A stretch of 5,353 nucleotides of DNA from Candidatus Wukongarchaeum yapensis (GTDB taxonomy: Archaea > Asgardarchaeota > Wukongarchaeia > Wukongarchaeales > Wukongarchaeaceae), in contig JAEOSI010000163.1 in the NCBI GenBank assembly GCA_016840425.1, forward strand, positions 1-5,353, written 5' to 3'. Each line of letters opens with the position of its first letter. Position 1 is the first letter of the stretch. A program made the translations under genes and the position numbers. The notes under the pieces were generated by a model, which did no database searches, had not been told where the DNA came from, and was given only the letters and a program-made list of their open reading frames with translations. Positions 1-5,353 of this stretch are shown in pieces.

Positions 1-212
1 CCGGGCCTAGCCTGTTTCGCCTAGTTCAGTGGTTTCCCCCCTTCCTCCGAAGGGGCCTCCATCCACGCCGATCCCGTGGGACAGAGCTTCATAGTCACAC
101 CAAAGGGGCTTATGAAAGCTTGGGAGACCTGGCCTTGGGTTACTAACCCCGGCTATAGACCATGCTGCCGGTTACAGAGGGGGCCTAACCCTTCAGTCCT
201 ACCCAGCATCGC
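1..212 (-). ncRNA. ffs: Archaeal signal recognition particle RNA (SRP/7S RNA), 5' portion; the 3' part lies beyond the left window edge
   Basis: The minus strand reads GCGAUGCUGGGUAGGACUGAAGGGUUAGGCCCCCUCUGUAACCGGC... and shows the expected elements in order. Alu domain: helix 3 (GAAGGG/CCCCUC), conserved UGUAA (176-172), helix 4 (CCGGC 171-167 / GCCGG 153-149), and a loop-loop pseudoknot UAGGCC (187-182) with GGUCUA (161-156). Helix 6: CCCCUUC-GGAG-GAAGGGG (55-38) with a GNRG/GGAG tetraloop. The start of helix 8, GGCUAGGCCCGG, is cut at position 1 just before the expected AAGGGAGCAGC. The segment is GC-rich in an AT-rich background and has no ORF. The 5' end is estimated from the upstream TATA box (uncertain by a few nt). 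Confidence 0.95.
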
Positions 213-234
213 AATAATAATATTGACCTAGCAG

Positions 235-250
235 TATTAAAATTTTATTT
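235..250 (-). promoter_or_regulatory. BRE + TATA promoter of the SRP RNA
   Basis: The minus strand reads AAATAAAA-TTTTAATA (250-243, then 242-235), ending about 23 nt upstream of the inferred G start at 212. This matches archaeal promoter geometry. Confidence 0.7.
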
Positions 251-299
251 AAGGAGAGAGAGGTTTATGGTAAAAGTCATGGTGAAGTGTTGGGGGGTT

Positions 300-1334
300 T
301 TAGGTTTCTTCTCTTTTTGGGAGTTTAATTTCGGTTTGTATTTGTTGCTGTTGTTTTTGAGTGTTGGCGGCGGTGTATTGTTGTATTGTTTCGCAGGCTT
401 TGCATGTTTTTTTAGCGCTTGGTTCTCCGCATTTTTGACACGTTTTTAATGTTTTTGTTGTTTTTGGGTATTTTTGTAGGGCTTTTGCTATTGTTTCGCC
501 GCTTCTTATTATGTTGTAGAGGGTTCCTGGTCTTTTTTGTTCCATTTCTGCGAGGTATTTTTTTAGGTCTTCTCGCATGGCTTCTTGGGCGTAAGGGCAT
601 TCTGTGTAATGATAGTTTATTTCTTTATAGTAGGCGTATAGGGCGATTTCTCTTCCAGGTGTTTCTCTGAAAGGTTTTACTCGGGGCACAAGCAAGGGGT
701 TAGTTCTTGCTGTGTGGCGGTATTCTCTTGCTATTCTTTCAATATCTGCTCGGAGGATGTTTAGGAGGATTGTTTGGGCTTCGTCGTCTAGGTTGTGAGC
801 TAGGGCGATTTTGTCGGCTTGTATTTTCTCCCTTGCTACAAGGTTTATCGCTTTTCTTCTAAGGATTCCACAGTAGGCGCAGGCACTATATACTGTTAAA
901 TGTTTTTTCGGTGTTGTTGCTATGAGGTTTTCTCTTTGGTTAATAATTTCATCAATAGTTATTCCAAAAAGTTCTTTTAAAGAAGATGTGACTAGCTCAA
1001 CCCCTAATTTTTTACAGTTTTCTTCCACTATTTCGTGACAGTTTTGCCTGTATTTTTCTATCCCTTCATCGATAAACAGGGCTATGATTTCGGATTCTGG
1101 AAACTTTTTCTCAATTTTTACAAGAACATGGAGTAATGTGGCACTATCTCTCCCCCCAGAAAAAGCAACAGCTATACTATCATTCCTCTCAAACATCTTA
1201 TACCTAGAGATTGTTTTTACAATTTTTTCGCTAAAGCTTTTAAGGAAACACTTCCTGCAAAGATTTTCCCCAGAAACCCTACGCTTATAAACTGCTTCCT
1301 TACCACACTTATAACAAGCAGTTTCAAAAGCCAT
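300..1334 (-). CDS. ncsA: tRNA 2-thiouridine synthase of the NcsA/Ctu1/TtuA family (TIGR00269-like PP-loop ATPase with zinc fingers and an Fe-S site), 344 aa
   Basis: Motifs: N-terminal zinc finger C7xxC10...C26xxC29; PP-loop SGGRDS (59-64); C152xxC155-G-x-x-R-R; AHNLDD (179-184); C246-P-Y; C-terminal zinc finger C299xxC302...C311xxC314. RBS GAGGAG at 1345-1340, 5 nt before the ATG. The CxxCGxxRR form resembles NcsA/Ctu1 (wobble U34) more than TtuA (CxxCGxxKR, U54), but the target base is an inference. Confidence 0.92.
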   Translation of the reverse strand: MAFETACYKCGKEAVYKRRVSGENLCRKCFLKSFSEKIVKTISRYKMFERNDSIAVAFSGGRDSATLLHVLVKIEKKFPESEIIALFIDEGIEKYRQNCHEIVEENCKKLGVELVTSSLKELFGITIDEIINQRENLIATTPKKHLTVYSACAYCGILRRKAINLVAREKIQADKIALAHNLDDEAQTILLNILRADIERIAREYRHTARTNPLLVPRVKPFRETPGREIALYAYYKEINYHYTECPYAQEAMREDLKKYLAEMEQKRPGTLYNIIRSGETIAKALQKYPKTTKTLKTCQKCGEPSAKKTCKACETIQQYTAANTQKQQQQIQTEIKLPKREET

Positions 1335-1408
1335 AAGTACTCCTCTTTAAAAAACTGGTTAAAATCAAAAATCATGGTTTGTTGTGGTTTCCATTTTTTT
1401 TTGCGTTT

Positions 1409-1450
1409 TTCAAACTTCCAAGTTTAAAGTGGGGATTTAAGGTTTTTTGC
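1409..1450 (-). promoter_or_regulatory. Candidate promoter of the tRNA thiolase gene, with an overlapping palindrome
   Basis: The minus strand reads GCAAAAAA-CCTTAAAT (1450-1435) followed by a second TTTAAA (1428-1423). An imperfect 20-bp palindrome TTCAAACTT-CC-AAGTTTAAA lies at 1409-1428. Confidence 0.45.
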
Positions 1451-1464
1451 GGGGTGAGTTCTTA

Positions 1465-2718
1465 TTAGAAGAGAATTGTCCATCCGCTTATGATGTAGCT
1501 TAGAGTTAAATTAAGTATTAGAAGTAAGGCGGCTATTATTCCGATAATTCTTGTTATTGTTTGAGTCTTCGGCGTGGCGCCAAACTTCCATTCAAGAGTG
1601 ACTCCCAAGAGTTTGTAACCGTCAAATGGAGGTATTGGGAGAAGGTTTACTAAGGCTATTATAAAGGATAATAACCACAGCCAGACGACTAATTGTGTGA
1701 GATGGAAGGGTAACCATTTGCTTTGATTTCCAAAAATTGTTTTGGTAAAGTCTTTTGGGGGGTAGTAGGTTGTGTAACTTATACCGATGTATCCTTCTAA
1801 GTCGCGGGCTTCAAAAGATTCTTTTAACTCTTCTGGGGGTTCTGAAACATTAACAGGGATATTTCCCCGCTCTTTTATGGCGAATACTACTGTATTATTT
1901 GGCTTGGTATCTTCTAAGGCGTCAAAAAGATCAGTCATATCTTTTACTTTTGAGGAGTTTCCATCAAGTTCAGAGACATATTGGGAGTAGTTGTTGTAGA
2001 TTGTCACTTTTTCTATAATGTCACCATTTTCTAGTCCGCCGATTTCTGCAGGGCTTTCATCTCTCACACCTGTTAACATTACGCCTTGGGGTCCGCCCCA
2101 CATAGGGGCGATAAAGAGGCTGAAGTTTAGCAAAACTACGATGAGGGCGAAACTCATCGTGATGTTAGGCATAGTGCCTGCGGCATAGATCCTTGCTCGG
2201 GAACGTAAAGGCGCTTTATTTAACGACTCTTCTTCAGGCTCAACGAACCCTCCTGGGATGAAGAGGAAGAGGAGGAATCCTGCTGATTTTATTTCCACAT
2301 CTTCTGTTCGAGCGGCTACTCCGTGGGAGAGTTCGTGGACTATGATGACAACGGCAACGGCAATAAAGAAGTAAGGGAGGGATGCTAGGGATATGGTTAT
2401 GCCCGGGATTATTGGAGCTACCGGTGCGGCCTGTTTTGGAGTGTAGATGAAAGCGAAAAGATTTGAAAAGAAGACGAAAAAAGCCAAGAACATGAATAAA
2501 AATCCCAAAATTATGGCAAGATCCCATATTTTTTTCCAAGTTCCTCTTAACTTTTCAGCACAACGATCGAGAAATTGATTTACGCGTTGTGTGCGTATCA
2601 TGAGGAAACCAGGAGCTACGCTAACCCCTCTCTCGTGAAGCTTAAAAATTCTGTTTAGAACCACTATCCACAACCAGAATAGTAGGAATATCATTAAGAC
2701 GTCGCCCGCGCTTACCAA
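1465..2718 (-). CDS. Site-2 protease (peptidase M50, intramembrane zinc metalloprotease) with a PDZ domain, 417 aa
   Basis: HELSH zinc motif (H128-H132, nt 2337-2323), then GGFVEP and RIYAAG..PN; a soluble PDZ-like segment (GVMLTGVRDESPAEIGGLENGDIIEKV); and NLLPIPPFDG (N358-G367) carrying the third zinc ligand Asp. Several hydrophobic helices. The TTG start at 2718 is preceded by a strong RBS GAGGAGGA (2732-2725) with a 6-nt spacer. Tandem TAA TAA stops. Confidence 0.93.
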   Translation of the reverse strand: MVSAGDVLMIFLLFWLWIVVLNRIFKLHERGVSVAPGFLMIRTQRVNQFLDRCAEKLRGTWKKIWDLAIILGFLFMFLAFFVFFSNLFAFIYTPKQAAPVAPIIPGITISLASLPYFFIAVAVVIIVHELSHGVAARTEDVEIKSAGFLLFLFIPGGFVEPEEESLNKAPLRSRARIYAAGTMPNITMSFALIVVLLNFSLFIAPMWGGPQGVMLTGVRDESPAEIGGLENGDIIEKVTIYNNYSQYVSELDGNSSKVKDMTDLFDALEDTKPNNTVVFAIKERGNIPVNVSEPPEELKESFEARDLEGYIGISYTTYYPPKDFTKTIFGNQSKWLPFHLTQLVVWLWLLSFIIALVNLLPIPPFDGYKLLGVTLEWKFGATPKTQTITRIIGIIAALLLILNLTLSYIISGWTILF

Positions 2719-2907
2719 AAAAAATCCTCCTCTAACGCAAAATCCCGATTAAGATTTTTCCTTAAAGCCTCTGAATAGAAAAATTTCATGATTTTGATAA
2801 AAGTGCATTTTTAGCCAAATATGATTTTTTTAAAAGAGAATCAGCTTCCAAAGTTTTTATGCCTGATCCTTTTAAAACACTTTGTTTTTTATATCCTTAT
2901 AAATGTG

Positions 2908-2956
2908 TTAAAAAAGTTTAGAAAAAGTGAGGATTTTATTCAATAAACTTTTAAAG
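2908..2956. promoter_or_regulatory. Candidate back-to-back divergent promoters for the methyltransferase (+) and the site-2 protease (-)
   Basis: Plus strand: CAATAAAC-TTTTAAAG (2941-2956), about 58 nt upstream of the ATG at 3014, with RBS AGGTGA at 3002-3007. Minus strand: CTAAAC-TTTTTTAA (2921-2908). The plus-strand element is the more convincing one. Confidence 0.5.
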
Positions 2957-3013
2957 AGGTTCATCTTAAAAAATAGAGACAACTTCTTTAATTTAAAAAA
3001 AAGGTGACGATTT

Positions 3014-4045
3014 ATGGAAGCATTTGACAGGGTTATGGCAGCTTTAAAAAATGAAAGAGATGAATTAGACAGATATCCTGTTATGAACTCTGTAGCAACT
3101 TACACGCAAGAGTTTATGGCGAAATATGATGCTGCTTGGCCAGAATCTCACTTTGATGCAGATAAAATGGTTAGGCTTGCAGCAGCAGCTTATGAAGAAT
3201 GTGGTTTGGACAATGCTAGTGTTCCCTTTGACATGTTGGTTGAACCAGAGGTTTTAGGCGCACCAATAGATTTTCATGAAGGAAAGATACTATGGCCGAG
3301 CGTGACCGACTATTTAGCCCACAAATTCGAAGACGTAACAATACCCGATGACTTGGCCCACGCTGGTAGAATTCCCGTAATTGTGGAAGCCATAAAGAAA
3401 TTGAAGGAAAAATATGAAGGCGTTTTGCCTATCAACGTCTATATTGATCCGCCTTTTACCGCGATAAGCAGTTACGTTGTAGATTCGATAGAGTTTCTTG
3501 TAAGCATGAAAAAAGCACCTGAAGTAGTCCATGGTTGGATGAAGGGAGCGGTTCCGATGTTCAAAGAAATCTGTAAAATCTACGAGGAAGCAGGGGCTGA
3601 CATAATAACTTTCCACGAAATGGGCGCTTCAAGCGATAACATTTCTCCAAAATACTTTAGAGAATTTATTCTACCGTATAATAAAGAAATAGTGAAGGAT
3701 ATTAAAGTACCTGTTATTATGAATGTTTGCGGTCTTGCTATGGGAATCGTCGGAGCCATGGTTGAGACAGGAGCTACCGCCGTGGCTATCGATGAGAGGA
3801 CAAAGATTGCAAATGCTAAGGAAGAACGCGATGCAGTGAACCCGAATATCCCGATACTGGGCAACTTACCAGCCCAAACGATCTTGTTCAAAGGACCTCT
3901 TGATAAGATAAAAGCAGCAGTACAAATGGTTATTAATGCAGGAATTGACATCGTGGCACCAGGGTGTGACTTCTGGCTACAGACACCCACAGAATTCTTA
4001 TGCGCCTTTGTAGACGCTGTAAAAGAGGTCGGAAAATTAAAGTAA
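3014..4045 (+). CDS. MtaA/CmuA-family (MT2-type, uroporphyrinogen-decarboxylase fold) methylcobamide:thiol methyltransferase, MtsA-like, with an altered zinc motif, 343 aa
   Basis: Family blocks: WPESHFD, GRIPVIVEAIK, PFT, EAGADII, S-P-x-x-F-x-E-F, xVCG (C239), IDE (D260/E261), GNL, GPLDKIKA, GIDIVAPGC (C318). RBS GGTGA at 3003-3007, 6 nt before the ATG. The substrate cannot be assigned from sequence, so no symbol is given. Confidence 0.9.
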   Translation: MEAFDRVMAALKNERDELDRYPVMNSVATYTQEFMAKYDAAWPESHFDADKMVRLAAAAYEECGLDNASVPFDMLVEPEVLGAPIDFHEGKILWPSVTDYLAHKFEDVTIPDDLAHAGRIPVIVEAIKKLKEKYEGVLPINVYIDPPFTAISSYVVDSIEFLVSMKKAPEVVHGWMKGAVPMFKEICKIYEEAGADIITFHEMGASSDNISPKYFREFILPYNKEIVKDIKVPVIMNVCGLAMGIVGAMVETGATAVAIDERTKIANAKEERDAVNPNIPILGNLPAQTILFKGPLDKIKAAVQMVINAGIDIVAPGCDFWLQTPTEFLCAFVDAVKEVGKLK

Positions 4046-4227
4046 AAACCTGCTTAAACTAAAAAAAACATTCTAAACTTTCATTCTTCTTTTTATAATC
4101 TTAAAATATTAATTAAGGGAGTTACTCTTGGCTTCCCTTCCCCTTTTATTTTTTATTTTGATTTGACCTGATTTATTAAGGAAAGAGGGGAAAATTTCCT
4201 GCGCTTTTTTTGTTTCCTGTTTTTTAT
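4046..4227. terminator. Convergent intergenic region with probable archaeal oligo-T terminators on both strands
   Basis: Plus-strand T tracts TTCTTCTTTTTAT (about 4084-4096) and CCCTTTTATTTTTTATTTTG (4141-4160). The second is preceded by a weak hairpin AAGGGA (4115-4120) / TCCCTT (4134-4139). The plus-strand A8 at 4061-4068 is a T8 on the minus strand. Confidence 0.5.
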
Positions 4228-5346
4228 TTATTCTCTTATGATTTTCCAGGTTTTTGAAGCCACAATCAAACTTAGAAAAGTCATTGCTATTAAAGCAAAA
4301 AGATCGATCAAGATATAGTTTAGAGTAAAGCCTTTGAGCATTATGTTTCTTAGGCCACGGTTGCTGTAGGTTATGGGGATGAAGTAGCTTGCTGGTTGTA
4401 TTTTTGATGGCATGGAGTTTATTGGCCAAAATAGGCCTGAGATGAGTATAGATGGTAGAAGAATTAGGGGTATAAATTGCATGGCTTGGAATTCTGTTTT
4501 TGCATAGGTTGAGAGGACTATTCCTAGGCTTGCGCCTACCGTGGCTACTAAAACAACTAAGAGAAACACGAGGAAAATATTTCCCTCGATAGTTGTTTGG
4601 AAGAGCGTTATAGCTACTCCTAAAAGGAGGAAGGTTTGGATTATTGATATGACAATCATGCTGATAATATACCCTGTCATTATTTCATACCCTTTTAAGG
4701 GCGTTGCGCGTAAACGTTCTTGGGTTCCTTCCACTTTCTCCCGCACGATCAGGATTATGGATAGGGCGAAAATGAAGAAGAAGGCGGATAAACCGATAAC
4801 AGCTGGCACGAAGAAGTCGTAACCGTCAGTGTTTTCTCCATAGACATAAAACTTTTGGATGACTATTCCTTTCGTGTAGTTTTCTAAACCCTTTTGTACT
4901 GCTTGCATAAAGCTTGCAAGGAGGGCTTTGCTAACCATGGGATCTGTACCATCTAGGCTGAGGTAGATGTTACTTTCATTTTTTGTAACAATTTCTTGGG
5001 TGAAATTTTGAGGGATTCTTACAGCTGCTGTGATTTTGCCATCTCTAACTTCATCTAAGGCCTTTCCAAAACTGTCAAGTTTTTTTATGGAAACGGTTTC
5101 ATCCTCCTCCCAAACAGAGAAAATACTTTCCCCAAAATTTACATCCTGAGCACCGTCTTCGTTAACACAAGCCACATTTACATTGCTTATGTTGCCTGAG
5201 AAACTGGATCCGAAAAGAACTAGGATAAAAAGGGGGTTAAAAACGAGCAAAAAACATGTTCTTTTATCATTACCTATTTGTCTAAGAACCCTCCAAGCTA
5301 CAGCGAAAATCTTATTGAGCCCTTTCAAATTCCATTCTCCCTTCAT
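4228..5346 (-). CDS. ABC-2 type transporter permease (exporter membrane subunit with an extracytoplasmic domain, YbhR/YbhS-like), 372 aa
   Basis: N-terminal AWRVLRQIGNDKRT followed by a TM helix, a roughly 130-aa soluble loop, then five further hydrophobic helices. It carries the ABC-2 signatures IVREKVEGTQERLRATPL and LISGLFWPINSMP..IQPASYFIPITY...LRNIMLKG. The start is either the ATG at 5346 or the in-frame TTG at 5328, which has GGGAG 8 nt upstream. Confidence 0.92.
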   Translation of the reverse strand: MKGEWNLKGLNKIFAVAWRVLRQIGNDKRTCFLLVFNPLFILVLFGSSFSGNISNVNVACVNEDGAQDVNFGESIFSVWEEDETVSIKKLDSFGKALDEVRDGKITAAVRIPQNFTQEIVTKNESNIYLSLDGTDPMVSKALLASFMQAVQKGLENYTKGIVIQKFYVYGENTDGYDFFVPAVIGLSAFFFIFALSIILIVREKVEGTQERLRATPLKGYEIMTGYIISMIVISIIQTFLLLGVAITLFQTTIEGNIFLVFLLVVLVATVGASLGIVLSTYAKTEFQAMQFIPLILLPSILISGLFWPINSMPSKIQPASYFIPITYSNRGLRNIMLKGFTLNYILIDLFALIAMTFLSLIVASKTWKIIRE

Positions 5347-5353
5347 CTAAGCC

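Noticed and set aside
1-212. GC-rich structured segment considered as RNase P RNA, an rRNA fragment or a riboswitch
   Set aside because: It lacks the RNase P P4 signatures and rRNA motifs. The Alu pseudoknot, UGUAA, helix 6 GGAG loop and helix 8 start identify it as SRP RNA.
267-449. 60-aa hydrophobic plus-strand ORF with an RBS-like AAGGAGAGAGAGG before its ATG, antisense to the 3' end of ncsA
   Set aside because: It lies in the extremely G/T-rich, A-poor strand, where stop codons are rare and Phe/Leu/Val/Gly codons arise automatically. It overlaps a well-supported gene and has no recognisable motif. The RBS-like signal keeps it barely possible; ribosome profiling or proteomics would be needed.
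419-670. 83-aa plus-strand ORF, and the 62-aa minus-strand ORF at 412-600
   Set aside because: Both are shadow or alternative-frame ORFs inside ncsA, with low-complexity composition (F/L-rich or K/R/N-rich) explained by the base skew.
1084-1290. 68-aa plus-strand ORF
   Set aside because: Antisense shadow of the conserved N-terminal and PP-loop region of ncsA; no RBS or motif.
1411-1590. Identical 10-mer CAAACTTCCA at 1411-1420 and 1581-1590
   Set aside because: The second copy encodes W-K-F-G within the protease and lacks the other palindrome arm; probably coincidence.
1787-2539. ORFs 1787-1990 (+) and 2240-2539 (-)
   Set aside because: Both lie fully inside the site-2 protease gene in other frames and have no recognisable features.
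3314-3990. Minus-strand ORFs 3314-3616 and 3580-3990
   Set aside because: Antisense shadows of the methyltransferase, whose plus-strand frame carries all the family motifs.
3014-4045. Possible call as uroporphyrinogen decarboxylase (hemE)
   Set aside because: It shares the fold but lacks the HemE N-terminal RQAGR arginine motif, and it keeps the MT2-type cysteines (xVCG, APGC) and the WPExH block.
1368-4245. Recurrent ATGATTTT octamer (1375-1368 minus; 2788-2795, 2821-2828 and 4238-4245 plus)
   Set aside because: A T-rich word in T-rich regions. About one copy is expected by chance in this window and one copy is in coding sequence, so four is not convincing without a genome-wide test.
4109-4822. 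ORFs 4109-4429 (-) and 4541-4822 (+)
   Set aside because: The first is an alternative frame overlapping the permease 3' end and running into the terminator region. The second is the antisense of hydrophobic helices. Neither has motifs or a credible RBS.

Overview
An archaeal chromosomal window with mostly housekeeping and metabolic genes. Archaeal origin is supported by an SRP RNA carrying both an Alu domain and helix 6, by BRE/TATA-like promoters, and by GGTGA/GAGGAG ribosome-binding sites. Left to right: the 5' two-thirds of the SRP (7S) RNA (minus, runs off the left edge); an NcsA/Ctu1/TtuA-family tRNA 2-thiolase (minus); a PDZ-containing site-2 protease of family M50 (minus, TTG start); a divergently transcribed, stand-alone MtaA/CmuA-family (MT2-type) methyltransferase (plus); and a convergent ABC-2 type exporter permease (minus). 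I saw no mobile element, CRISPR array or complete new multi-gene system. Two things stand out. (1) A strong gradient in synonymous codon composition, with G/T-ending codons at gene starts and A/C-ending codons at gene ends, is seen in all four genes on both strands and is extreme next to the SRP promoter. (2) The methyltransferase looks MtsA-like, has no adjacent corrinoid partner, and has Asn in place of the canonical zinc-ligand His, plus a new His nearby. All counts are by hand, and comparisons to reference proteins are from memory and need alignment.
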